From: Azolla caroliniana
Lineage: Eukaryota; Plantae; Polypodiophyta
Assembly (NCBI GenBank): GCA_043228905.1
Contig: JBHGNT010000013.1
Coordinates: forward strand, 3,968,001 to 4,032,000
Reading direction: 5' to 3'
Length of the DNA stretch: 64,000 nucleotides
The notes beneath the pieces were generated by a model. It did not search any database and was not told the origin of the DNA. It saw only the letters and a list, made by a program, of their open reading frames with translations. This document shows positions 12,021 through 24,100 of the stretch, piece by piece (position 1 is the stretch's first letter; the number at the start of each line of letters is the position of its first letter). The position numbers were made by a program, and so were the translations under genes.

Positions 12021-13000
12021 TTTCCCCAAAAAAATGACTTTGATCCCCTAAGGCCCATTAGGATGTATGGATCATCGAGTTAGCTTTTCTCCTCCCTTCT
12101 CGCAATTGCATGAAGGAACTCCAGTTTCCATATTCAATTCAATTGCAAGCATCCACATGACCTTTACTTTACATAAAGTTTGACTTTAGTTCCATGCTCA
12201 CATAACCTTTACTTTACTTCACTTTAGTTCGCCGCATGATCCGTCCGGTTCGGTTCCGGTTCCGTCGCCGTCCGTTAGTCTGGTCCAGTTCTGGTTCTGT
12301 CCGGCCCAATTCCAGTTCTGTCGTCGTCCGTTAGCCCGGTTCCAATTTTTTCCAGCCTGGTTCCGGTTCGATTGTCGTTCGTTAGCACGGTCTGGTTCCG
12401 TCCGACCCGACTTGGTCGCCGTCCGTTTCTGGTTCGGTCTTCGTCCGGTTTCGGTCCCATCGTCGGTTCGCATTCGACCCGTCCGGTTCCGGTTCGGTCA
12501 CCGTCCTTCAGACCATCCTGGTTTGGTCACCGTCTGGTCCGGTTCCAGTTCCGTCTTCGTCCGGTCGTCGTTCGGTTCTGGTTCGATCGTCGTCTAGTTT
12601 AGTCACCGGTTCTATCCAGTTGCTGGTTGCTGGTTGCCAATTCCGGTTTCGTCACCGGTTTCGACAACTTAGCCACATCCATCCATCTAGACAAAGTGGC
12701 CCAAGTTCAACCAATCCTTTTGTGCTCTCAACACATAGATAAAAACTAATGGTTTTCAATCTCCTTATATAGTTGTATGCCAAAGTTTCCTATGTATGTG
12801 GGATAGTTCACAGTTCTATTTTCCTTATCTTCTCAAACTTTATATTCACATAACTTGATATGTAGTTGTCCATTTTATATGTAGTAAAATGCGTTTTGAA
12901 GCTCTTGAAGATGTCTATCTTTTTATACCAAGCCACTAATCTAATCTAAAATAATTTTTTAATTTTTTTTTTTACATAGTGTGTGAATAATCACACAACA

Positions 13001-13643
13001 CCGCTACCCCCTTTTTCTAACTAACCTCGTCGGAGGGCTGCTCCATTATGTCATCACTAAATAACAATTTCTTTCCTTTCTTGTTTTTGCTAAAAGCAAA
13101 TTGTTTCTCCATGGCGTCTAGAGGGCTTTGATACCTCAACCAGATCTTCTTCAAAAGTCGTTCAAACATATTCTCACTTGACCTGTTACAAGGATAAGAT
13201 CCTAGGCTTACAACAACATCCTATGAACGTGTATATTCAAAATATCGTGAGAACACTACATTCATCAGGCTTTGTAAGCATTTGACTGCTTCCATGAGTC
13301 AAAGGTATTTTCTATCCACATATCTTATACAAACTAGAGAATCTAGGCTCTCATTCAACTTTATACTAGGTTTCCTAGACACTTACAAGGATCAAAGTGA
13401 AAATTGGGGTCACTTGTGAGTTTTTTTAGCGAATAATGCTATTTCTTACGTCCAAAGGCACTATACCTGTATTAAAATTGGTCTTTATTTGAGGTTTATG
13501 TTCAGGTTGTTTCTTATCAAAATTTGTAATTTTGATTATATTTTCGTTACAGAAGCATTGTTAAAAAACGGGCTAAAATGATGCCATCCAAATAGTTAAG
13601 GTACTTACCTAGAGTTAGCACGCTCGATCTTCTTGGTTGACAT
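13001..13643 (-). pseudogene. ParB-MTase gene copy A: exon 1 (13609-13643), intron 1 and start of exon 2 (13182 downwards)
   Basis: ATGTCAACCAAGAAGATCGAGCGTGCTAACTCTAG|GTAAG is 35 nt like copy B exon 1; acceptor CAG; LLKKIWLR versus PVKKIKLR in copy B. Confidence 0.75.
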
Positions 13644-14482
13644 GGTAGATTGTTGAGGCACGGGGAGATGTGTGGAGTTCAGGTCGGAGGTGTTTGTGTG
13701 CTCGGTCACATTCAGTATGCGCTCTGTGCTCTTTGCTCTCTTTGCCTATGCTCCTCAAATGAATGACAATGACCTATTTATAGGACCCACGTTGGGTAGG
13801 TAACTATGGTTACCTTTACCGAGATTAGTTAATTTAATTATATATAGTTAGTCAATTTGCTTTTTATAACCGAACTATGTACAATCCGGTTACATTATTT
13901 ATATATTTATATAGAGAGTACATATAAATATCTACTCTATATATGGATATATATAATTATAGGCAACTGGATCTTATACCTATAGTGTATGTAGAAATAG
14001 AATATATATTGTTACAAATAGGTAGCGTATGTATAGTGTATATATACGTATATATGAACTTGTATAATATATATTTATTACAACGCATATCAAATAATAC
14101 AACTACAGAGACGTATAAATCTATTGACATATTAACACATGTAAATGTGTAGATATATATATTGAGAAAACTATATAGTTATTCTTCTTAACTATATATT
14201 ACTTCATAACATATTATACATGTTCATAGATATTAAATTGTAGGCTTAGAATAAAAAAAATACATTATAGGCTCTATATAAAATTAAATTTCCTACCTAA
14301 GTACTAGAATATAGATTTAAATTTATTTATTATTTTATAAACATTATTGCAAATATAAATAAATATCATTATGTTACAATAATAATATTAGGGAACTTAT
14401 TCTCATTTATATAGATCCATCTGTTAGAAGCTCTAATTTGATCAAGAGAGAATTATTGTCAGAGATAAAAATATTTTACGCT
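13644..14482. promoter_or_regulatory. Divergent promoter region of transposon copy A
   Basis: TATAAATAGG on the minus strand at ~13773-13782, conserved in copy B at 61581-61590; AT-rich spacer before the transposase ATG at 14483. Confidence 0.6.
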
Positions 14483-14851
14483 ATGAGTCAAAATTCGCCA
14501 TTTTTTGTTGAGGAGTATTGTTTCCCAAGAGGGTCACCTTTTTCTATTGAATAATATCCCCAAACTACAAGAAATATTGACATAAGTCAAGAGTTCTTTG
14601 TTGAGGAGTACAACTACAATGTGGATACAGAATCTAAAGGAACTGCCACTCAAACATCCCAAATTACTGAGGGACATGTAAAGGCTTACATTCCTAACTC
14701 CAATGCAGATCCATTAATGGATAATGCACATAGCAACCAACCAGAGGATTCAACATAGAATACGTTGTCGTGACGATTTTCGGCTACGGTGTGAAACCGA
14801 GTGAGACGAATAAACCAAGGATGTGCAACATTGCACATACACTTAGCAAAT

Positions 14852-14960
14852 AAGCCTCCTAAGGCCTAGTGGCACTTGAGTTCATACAGAGGGGTGCAAG
14901 CAAGGTTTGAACCTTGCACCTCTAACATACAAGATAATTGCCTTACCACTAGGACAACTA
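14852..14960. promoter_or_regulatory. Two convergent tRNA-like A/B-box modules sharing a palindromic B box (repeated at ~17732-17840)
   Basis: Plus-strand A box AGGCCTAGTGG at 14862-14872; GCAAGGTTTGAACCTTGC at 14900-14917; minus-strand A box TGTCCTAGTGG at 14956-14946. Confidence 0.6.
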
Positions 14961-15458
14961 TCATATAGTGTAAATTTTATGTATTTCCTTTTCATATACA
15001 AATTATAGAGGAAACAACCATAGAAAACCATGTGCACAAAACCATGGTTTTAAACCCATGGTTTGTGCATGACATAAGCAAAACCGTGTGCACAAAACCA
15101 TGGTTTTAGCCCATGGTTATGTGCATGTCACGAGCATGGAAAGACCTATAAAAGCCTCTAGTTGGGCTTGTGTAAGGGGGGCTCAATATGTGATATCACC
15201 AACACCATTATCATCAATATAAATTATATTTGTCTTTATCTTCTTCATATTTTTCTACTTCTCAAGTGTACAATTTTTCTTCTTCTCAAGTAAACCAATT
15301 TCCGTCTAATCTTACATTGATCGTCATCTCTTCGATAATTCCGCGATCGTCCTCCCCGGTCCAAGACCCCGGTGGTCGCTCGAGTAGCACACGCACGTGC
15401 GAATCTTCGCGACATCATTTGGTGAACCCGACGTGAAGAGCAGCAGGGGAGGACGAAG

Positions 15459-17684
15459 ATGGATGGCGAATATCTCATGGAGGCAATGGCAAGAAGGATG
15501 ATGGAGTTTCTGAGAGAAGAGAAAAGAAGAAATGAAGCCCAACAAGCCGTCGACAAAGTAGTCGAACGAATGAGCTATTTCAACGGCGCCGATGTCCAAA
15601 GTTTCCTAAAAGTCTACAATGCGGAGATGGATTCAAGAGGTGTGGACAAAGCTATGAGGCTAGAGTACTTTTGTCGGGTGGTGTCTCAACCGATCTTCAA
15701 AGATGTAAACGAGCTTCTAGAAGCTCATGATTCGTGGGCGACTTTCGAGGAGGCTCTATTGGAGGAATATGACTATGAGAGACTAAAGGGACAAGATCGA
15801 CGCAACTTCGACCAATGGGTGACATCAGCGAAGACCCACCAAGGTGCAACACAAGCATTCGTAGACTTCGAGCATCATTTTTCTCAATTGTCGGAGCGGG
15901 AACAAAGATTGGTGGGGGTCGATAAGGTCCTTATGTTCGTGAAGTCAATCGATCGAATGGAAAGGATGGCGATCGGTCTCAAACTCGAAGAAGATGATGG
16001 TGCAAATGGCCTCATCGAGGATTGGAGCAAAGTGGAAAGTGTATGCCGACTACACGATAAGGGGCAAGCGAGAATATCGACGACAACAAGACGGCCCATG
16101 AGGGACGATCGAAGAGGGACGAGATGCAACAACGCACCACCAACAAAAGAAATGAAGCTTAGAAGGGAGACAAAACCGAGGCGAATGGTGATCGAGGAAG
16201 AAGAGACCTCCCAACAAATGCGGGTTAATGAAGTGGCCGATACAAAGGCTCTGGTTCGGTATGACGGTACCGAGAGAGAAGGTGTGAAACAAGTCACCTT
16301 CTTGTCTTACAAAGAAACGACGGCAAAGGAGGAGGCCGATGACTCGAGGACGGCGAACGCCACTTCGAGGGAGGATAAATGTTTCGGAACACGCATTGTG
16401 TACGAAACATCGGGTGATGACGGCGCAAGCATGAGAAAAGCTTGCATGATCGAGGGAGAAAAAGTGTTTGAGTCTGAAGAGATTGAGGAGGTAGCCATGA
16501 CAAACGACATCGAGTCGGAGGTGGCTATGGATGAGTCGACGACGGATAGCCATGTCGACACTTTCTTCACGCTTGTTCCAGAGACTTCGGCGGTTGCGCC
16601 CATGTGCCAACGTGAGACCGGAGAGACAGAAGGTGGTGACGGGAAGACGAAGGCCCAACACAAGGAGGAAAAAGATCGAGGAAGAAAGGATATCCCCACA
16701 CCTAATCTAGAGACTTCGGCGGTTGTGCACGTGCACCAACGTGAGACCGGAGAGACAGAATGTGTGGACAAAAAAGATGACGACCGGAAGGGCGATGAAG
16801 AAGACAAGGTAAATGTAAATGAAAGAAGGGATTCCTTCACACTGGTTCCGGAGACTTCGGCAGTCGAGACCGTGTGTCGACATAAGACCAAAGATAAAGG
16901 AGGTGGCGAAGAGGAGACAATATGGCTCGAGGCGAGCATACACGGAGGGAAGGATATGGCCGACGTGGAGGCCAAGGATGAAGCTGCGGTTGAGTTCGAT
17001 GGAGAGGTTGCATGCGGGAAGGAAGGAAGAGTCGAGAACCGGTTGAACCGGAAGATGATCCGGCCGGGATTCCGACCCGAACGAAGGAAGATCCACATGG
17101 GAGCCGATCGACCGGGGCCGACCCGGCCGAAACCTAATTCGGCAAAAATCGATCGGACGATTCCGATCCAAAAGGGGGCCGACCCAGCCAGAATCAATCG
17201 GTCGAGCCCGACTCGGGGAAATGTGAATGCAGACGAAGGCCAACCAAGCCAAGAAGCGATCGGTGGAGACCGATCCGGACAAGGGCAAACCCGGGCTAAT
17301 CGGAGATCGACACGAACGATCTACAATACCCAGTTGAAGATGGTGAGCGTGAGGAGTGACCAGGAGTCCAATCGAAGGACACGCGCGGTGGACGAAGGAA
17401 GAGCGGTCGTATCGACGACATCGTTCGGTAGATCTACTACAACCGATCGGGGAAGAAGGTGTGAGCGCCGAATATGGTGGATCGGGTGGCTACGGTGGTT
17501 CGGTTGGAAAGATTGCGCATACTCGAAGTGGAAGATGAAATCGACGAGCGTGCAGAGGAACTCGGTTGATCACCGTTGCCAAAGATCTCACCTCTTCACC
17601 TTTCTCGGCACATACCGGAGGATGTGCGGGTTTGGTGGGGGTGGATGTCGTGACGATTTTCGGCTACGGTGTGAAACCGAGTGA
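15459..17684 (+). CDS. Gag-like protein with long acidic repetitive C-terminal extension (741 aa), no pol domains
   Basis: Open ORF starting just after the PBS; FNGADVQSFLKVY capsid-like start; repeated ETSAV...ETGET units; stop lies inside the 3' LTR. Confidence 0.75.
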   Translation: MDGEYLMEAMARRMMEFLREEKRRNEAQQAVDKVVERMSYFNGADVQSFLKVYNAEMDSRGVDKAMRLEYFCRVVSQPIFKDVNELLEAHDSWATFEEALLEEYDYERLKGQDRRNFDQWVTSAKTHQGATQAFVDFEHHFSQLSEREQRLVGVDKVLMFVKSIDRMERMAIGLKLEEDDGANGLIEDWSKVESVCRLHDKGQARISTTTRRPMRDDRRGTRCNNAPPTKEMKLRRETKPRRMVIEEEETSQQMRVNEVADTKALVRYDGTEREGVKQVTFLSYKETTAKEEADDSRTANATSREDKCFGTRIVYETSGDDGASMRKACMIEGEKVFESEEIEEVAMTNDIESEVAMDESTTDSHVDTFFTLVPETSAVAPMCQRETGETEGGDGKTKAQHKEEKDRGRKDIPTPNLETSAVVHVHQRETGETECVDKKDDDRKGDEEDKVNVNERRDSFTLVPETSAVETVCRHKTKDKGGGEEETIWLEASIHGGKDMADVEAKDEAAVEFDGEVACGKEGRVENRLNRKMIRPGFRPERRKIHMGADRPGPTRPKPNSAKIDRTIPIQKGADPARINRSSPTRGNVNADEGQPSQEAIGGDRSGQGQTRANRRSTRTIYNTQLKMVSVRSDQESNRRTRAVDEGRAVVSTTSFGRSTTTDRGRRCERRIWWIGWLRWFGWKDCAYSKWKMKSTSVQRNSVDHRCQRSHLFTFLGTYRRMCGFGGGGCRDDFRLRCETE

Positions 17685-18693
17685 GATGAATAAACCAAGG
17701 ATGTGCAACATTGCACATACACTTAGCAAATAAGCCTCCTAAGGCCTAGTGGCACTTGAGTTCATACAGAGGGGTGCAAGCAAGGTTTGAACCTTGCACC
17801 TCTAGCATACAAGATAATTGCCTTACCACTAGGACAACTATCATATAGTGTAAATTTTATGTATTTCCTTTTCATATACAAATTATAGAGGAAACAACCA
17901 TAGAAAACCATGTGCACAAAACCATGGTTTTAAACCCATGGTTTGTGCATGACATAAGCAAAACCGTGTGCACAAAACCATGGTTTTAGCCCATGGTTAT
18001 GTGCATGTCACGAGCATGGAAAGACCTATAAAAGCCTCTAGTTGGGCTTGTGTAAGGGGGGCTCAATATGTGATATCACCAACACCATTATCATCAATAT
18101 AAATTATATTTGTCTTTATCTTCTTCATATTTTTCTACTTCTCAAGTGTACAATTTTTCTTCTTCTCAAGTAAACCAATTTCCGTCTAATCTTACATTGA
18201 TCGTCATCTCTTCGATAATTCCGCGAACGTCCTCCCCGGTCCAAGACCCCGGTGGTCGCTCGAGTAGCACACGCACGCGCGAATCTTCGCGACAACGTAG
18301 AGCGAGGTTAAACCTAGTTACATCAGAGAAACAACTCGGATTAGATGTCAACAAATCATCTTGTGGTCGTGGTTGCATGTCCAAGATTGGTAAGGATAAA
18401 TTGCTAGAGTTAAGGCGTTACTATTTTTCATTCACAGGTGATGAGCAAGACACTTACCTTTCAACCCACATAGAAATGGTGTCTGACAGATCATCAGACA
18501 TCTCTATCTCATTTGAGTATTACATCTTCCATGCACTACAATGTTGTACAATTGCATTCAAAATTTCATTGTGCGTTAGTAACATGAGATTACATCGAGT
18601 GCAACAAGGAGTTCTTAATGGTGATCCTACTATCCAATGTAGCGATTGTCCAAGTATGAAGGGTGTAGCTGGAAGACATGCTATTCTTTGGAA

Positions 18694-19900
18694 CATGTTC
18701 GCATTCACAAGTGGAAGGATTACACACAAATAGAAGGATAAGGAATATTCCAACTAATTTTGGGACATTTTTGGCCATTTCACAAAATACTAGTATCACA
18801 TGTTCTCAAAAACTTGATGAGAAAGTTCAAAAATTTCACTATTTGGTAAATTTGGAAAATGTCAAAATTTTGCCAAATACGAAAATAAATTTTGAGTATT
18901 TTTAAGGAAAAATGACAATTAATAATTTTTAGATATTAAAGAAATCAAAAGCGAAAGATTTCAAAACAAATAGCTTTTGTATATCATTGAATAAAATGTT
19001 GTCTAAATTTGTTACATATCGTTGCACAAAATATAGATTCAGTAGTTATTTGCATCACTGTGATCATTCCTTTGATGAGAGTCACTATTATAGCTAATAT
19101 ACAATTGTGACTCTTCCTGCTCATTTTCAAATGTACCAATCAAAGCATTGTCTTCCTCTTTAATTATTTTTATCATTGACATCCGTAAACATCCAACTTT
19201 TGTCAATGTAAAGTTATACACAATTATTACCATCGACACAATAATTTTAAAACCAGAGATTTCAATACAATTTGATACAATGTAACGAATTCAGAATGTT
19301 GTACAATTCAATACTCAGGTTCAAAGTGTTTTCATCACGATTCCATTCTTAGTATCGAATTCATGTTCAAAGTTTTTACTTTCTTTAATTATAGTATTTT
19401 TTTGAAAAAAAAAACTATAAACCTGAATTCAATACTAAGTATCGAATTGTGATGAAAACACCCTGTTTTGACACCTCAACTCGATACCAAGTATCGAGTT
19501 GTGATGAAAACTGGGTGTTTTCATCATAGTTCGATACTTATGAAAATAAATAAATAAATAAATACTTTAAACCTGAACTCAATACTAAGTATTGAATTTA
19601 GGTTTTGAATTTATTGAGTAATGAATTTAGGTTTAAGGTTTTTTTTTTTTCTCAAAAAAAATAAAAATAAACTAAAAACTTTAAACCTAAATTCGATACT
19701 AAAAATCAAATTGTGATGAAAACACTTTGAACCTGAGTATTGAATTATACTGAAATCTTTGTTCTTTAAAATAATTGGATGGTAATCATTGTGTATGACT
19801 TTACACAGACAAAAGTTGGATGAGCAAGTGTGTTTCATTCACATGAGTAAATCCATAACGTTTTCACCATTGATCACATGAACCAATTGCTCCATTTGCT
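18694..19900 (-). mobile_element. Inverted 3' end (TIR plus C-terminal coding fragment) of a third copy of the DNA transposon
   Basis: CATGTTCGCATTCACAAGTGGAAGGAT...AAATAGAAGGATAAGGAATATTCC matches the reverse complement of 27445-27506; IIVYNFTLTKVG and EESQLYISYNS match the copy A C-terminus at 26930-27205. Confidence 0.8.
19241..19776. repeat. Foldback/MITE-like long inverted repeat
   Basis: ~19305-19380 is the reverse complement of ~19673-19746; centre AACTCGATACCAAGTATCGAGTT at ~19477-19500. Confidence 0.8.
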
Positions 19901-20867
19901 AGTGAACTTAAAGAGTTTATTGATTTTGATGAGGAGCTAGTAGAGGACCTTACCATTGCCAGCTTTCGTGGAGCAGATACTACTTCACAATTTTTGGAGG
20001 AGAGTTCTCAAAAGGAAGAAGAGGAGAGCAGTGTGGATACCCTTATAACTATGTGATATGTTCCAATGATAACGTAACTTACCCGAATGTCCACAATGAC
20101 CCAAACTTAATAGTCATAGTTATTCAAAGGGTTTTGATGTGTTCGGGTTATCCATTCCCTTCTATTCTCTACGTTCAATTGGATAACACAGCTACGACAA
20201 ACAAAAACTCAAATGTGTTTGGATATCTGAGTATGTTGGTCAACTAAGGATTGTTTAGGAAAGTGAAAGTTAACTTCATCTTGGTTGGTCACACACATGA
20301 CCATATTGGTCAGATGTTCAGTACTTTCTCAAGATAGTTGGGTTGAAATGATACTTTCACATTATTAAAGTTATTTGATATCATTTGTGATCCATACACA
20401 CCACATCCGAATGTGATCCACCTAAAAGAGATATTTGATTTTAAGAGATATATATTAGATGGCGGGGAGGGGAATGTTAAAGTCCTAGCTCAATTGAACA
20501 ATATAAGTTTCAATCACATTTTCCTAATAAAGCACAATGACACAAGTGGATGTACATTGTTGTATGCAAAGCAATACTCATCATCGCCACAGTGGGAGCC
20601 TGAAGGTGGTTGCGAGTTCCTGCTTCATATGCCATCTACAACTATTTAAGGAGCAAAACAAATGCCCATTGAGATAAAAAAGGGAATGCATAGTGAGTTT
20701 GTAGAAGAGCAAAAGAACTTATGGAAGCAAGCCTCAAGTGAGAAAAAGAAGCATATTGATGTTGCAATTGTCAGGAACAGTACTAAGACAGAGAAGGAAT
20801 TAGTACTAAAAGAAGTATTAGTACTAAGAGAGGTGAAGAACTCTCGAGAGAAGGAAGGAGTGAGAGG

Positions 20868-20903
<36 letters not shown>

Positions 20904-21123
20904 TGATAAGAAAAGATATATATTATGTGAAGAAAATGTACAGTAGCTAGGAGGCTTAAGACTAGCGTTGAACCGATTTGGTTCGAAATAATGCCTTGTG
21001 CCTCCTTTTATATTGCTCTCAGGAGTAGTCCTGAAGCTTCTAGAATGTTCCAGAGAAATCTGGAATATACATCAATTTTCTCTAATAAAACATAAATGAA
21101 AACAATATTTTATATATTACAAT

Positions 21124-21190
21124 GTATAGTCTAATGGTCAAGAGCTCGACCCATGTAGCATAAGGTCATAGGTTCGAGTCTTGCCATATC
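21124..21190 (+). promoter_or_regulatory. tRNA-like A/B-box module at the U3 edge of the chromovirus LTR (also ~26332-26398)
   Basis: TAGTCTAATGG (A box) ... GGTTCGAGTC (B box), tRNA-like spacing, antisense to the element. Confidence 0.65.
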
Positions 21191-24100
21191 CTGACACTAT
21201 CCCCCCTTTAAAACGACGAGTGTAACGAGTCGTTTTGGATTGAGGGCCCGGTTTGTCTGGATATTGACGATGGAAGTCTTCAAGAAGAGCACGAGCATTG
21301 GTGACATTCTCTATCGGTTCCCAAGTACGCTCGTTGGGACTATATCCTAGCGAGTCAACTAGATAGTAGAGCTTGTTGCGAACAAGCTCGGAATCAAGGA
21401 TGGCGGCAACCTCGTACTCACGTCCATCTTCAAGCTCGATCGAGGTGGAGGCTGTGAATACGTCCTGCGATGATGCTTTCTTGATAGGGTTCGAGGAGAG
21501 AACTATGAAACACTGGATGTATCCGAAGTTGTGGAGGTAGATCAAGAAGAAAAGCGACATCATTAATTTTTCCGATAATACGGAAAGGACCGAATCGCCG
21601 ATAATCCAACTTCTCGCATGGGCGAGTAGTCTTGATGTGTCGTCGGAGTAGCCATACCCGATCTCCAATGTTAAAACTAGATGGGAGTCGATGACGATCC
21701 ACATAAGCCTTGTGTGTTTGTTGAGCTTGTTGGAGATGAGTAGATAAATCCGCTTGTATCTTGCGTAACCTCTCCAAACAATCCTCTGCGCAAGGATTTG
21801 TGGACACCTCTGGGGTTTCAAGTACACACCACCGGGGGGGACATCCCGTATAAGCATAAAATGGCGTAACTTTCGTGGATGCATGGATAGAGTTGTTATA
21901 GGCAAATTTGGCGAAGTGGAGAATATCTGCCCAGTCATCCTGATGATAGTTGAGAAAGCACTGCAGATACTGCTCCAGCGTTTGATTGGTTCGTTCGGCT
22001 TGGCCGTCGGTTTGTGGGTGGTAGCCAGAGGAGAGGTTACAAGTGACCTTGAGCATGTTAAAAAGGTGCTTCCAGAATTTTGACACGAACTGGGGTCCAC
22101 GGTCGCTAATGATACTATCGGGAAGTCATGATGCCGACATACTTCACGCATGACAATTTCGGCAGTGTCTTCACTAGAGATCTCCTTAATACATGGCAAG
22201 AAATGAGCCATCTTCGTATATCGATCGACCACCGTTAGAATCGAATTGAACCCCTTAGAGACTGGAAGATCTGTGATGAAGTCTAGAGCAATGGATTGCC
22301 ACGGCTTGCTTGGAATTGGTAATGGTTCTAATAAACCATATGGATGATGCCTTGGCATTTTCGCTCTACAGCATGTATCACAAGTCCGAACAAAATCCTC
22401 GACAAATTGTCGCATACAGGGCCACCAGAATGATCGTTGTACTAAATGTAGTGTTTTAGTACTACCAAAATGCCCAACTGTATATGTGTCATGACAGTTT
22501 TGTACTACTTGAAGGCGGCAAGAACCATTAGGAACATACAAAAGTTCTTTAAAGAAGAGTAATCCATCATGGTATTTGAATTGTCGATAGTCCGTACATG
22601 GTGGTTGCGACTGTGAACACGACGCTCGAGAGGGATCAATTTGTGCTAGTATAGCTTGGGCGAACGCATCTGTCTTCAAGTCTTCGCGTATGGTATCGAT
22701 AACCCAGGAATCCATGGGCATGTCAAAGATCTTTGTTGCTTGTAGTCGTGCCGGTCCCAAGATCTCTTGTTTTTTGTTATCGAAAGTTGGCTCGCCGGGA
22801 CGGGGTGCTAGATACGAACGTTGTGATAATGCATCTGCCTTCCCTTGGTGCTTCCCCGGATGATATGTAATTTTGAAGTCGAAACGTGTGAGGAAGTGAG
22901 CCCACCAAGCTTGACATCGATTCAACACACGAGCATCCTGAAAGTAGGCAAGGTTCTTGTGGTCACTAAATACGGTGACCGAATGAGAGGATCCCTCCAG
23001 AAAATGCCTCCATTGCATAAAAGAATCCACTATTGCCAATAGCTCCTTATCATGAATTTCGTAGTTGATTTCGGCGGCGTCAAACTTGCGTGAGTGAAAA
23101 GCCACAGGATGTAGCTTCTCATCATTCCTCTGTTGTGACAGAATGCTCCCCAATGCAAAATCCGATGCGTCAGCGTCGATAATAAATGGTTTTTCTGGAT
23201 CGACATGAGCTAGAATTGGAGCCGATGTAAATTCCTTTTTAAGACTCTCGAAAGCCACGTCCGTTTCTTCAGACCAAATGAACGGTTGTCCCTTCCTAGT
23301 AAGTTGTGCGAGAGGTAGAACGATCTTTGAGTAATTTTGTATGAACTTCCGGTAAAAATTGGCAAAGCCTAGGAAGCATTGCAGATCCCGCACCGAACGT
23401 GGAGTCTGCCATTCTACCACCGTTTTGACCTTAGCTGGGTCCATGGAGATGCCTTCTGACGAAATGATGTAGCCGAGAAATTCCACTTGGTTGCACCCGA
23501 AACTACATTTTTCCAGCTTTGCATACAGACCATGTTCTCGAAGTCGTTTTAGTACTAATAGTACATGAGAATCATGTTCTTCTTGGGTCTTTGAATAAAC
23601 CAGTAGATCATCCAAATAGATGATCAAACAATCATGTAATAGATCTCGGAATATATCATTAGCCATGTGTTGGAAGACTGCCGGTGCATTAGTCAGGCCG
23701 AACGGCATGACCGTATACTCGAAGTGCCCATATCTAGTGCGAAATGCGGTCTTCCATTCGTCTCCTGGTCGGATCCGTACGAGGTTATATGCTCCCCATA
23801 AGTCAATCTTCGTGAAGAAGCTCACACCATTCATCCGTTCTACGAGACTTGAGATAAGGGGAAGAGCATACCTATTCCTGATTGTAACCTTATTCAGGCC
23901 ACGGTAATCTACAACAAGACGAAGCGATCCATCCTTTTTCTTGACGAAGAAAATGGGCGCGCCAGCTGGAGATTTCGAATGCCGGATGAAACCATTTTTC
24001 AAATTCTCCTCTATATAGGCCCAAAGGACTTCCAGCTCGGTTGGTGACAAATTGTAGATTGGTCCCCATGGCGGCTCTTTTCCCATTTGTAAATCGATGG

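Larger units (their letters stand above)
6633..13000 (-). mobile_element. Non-autonomous (gag-only, decayed) LTR retrotransposon with LTRs 11170-13000 and 6633-9529
   Basis: LTRs share TGTCG(T/C)(G/A)AAATACGAC starts and ...CACA(TG/CA)ACA ends; tRNA-Trp PBS at 11149-11165; internal region homologous to ORF 15459-17684; flanks CCGT/CCGC (4-bp TSD with one mismatch). Confidence 0.85.
14766..18294 (+). mobile_element. Young non-autonomous gag-only LTR retrotransposon with 649-bp LTRs (14766-15414, 17646-18294)
   Basis: TG...CA ends; about 4 differences between LTRs by eye; TSD ACGT/ACGT; PBS TGGTGAACCCGACGTGA at 15420-15436, complementary to the plant tRNA-Trp 3' end. Confidence 0.95.

Noticed and set aside
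16050-17288. Overlapping minus-strand ORFs (203, 296 and 193 aa)
   Set aside because: Antisense shadows of the 741-aa ORF in GC-rich repetitive sequence.
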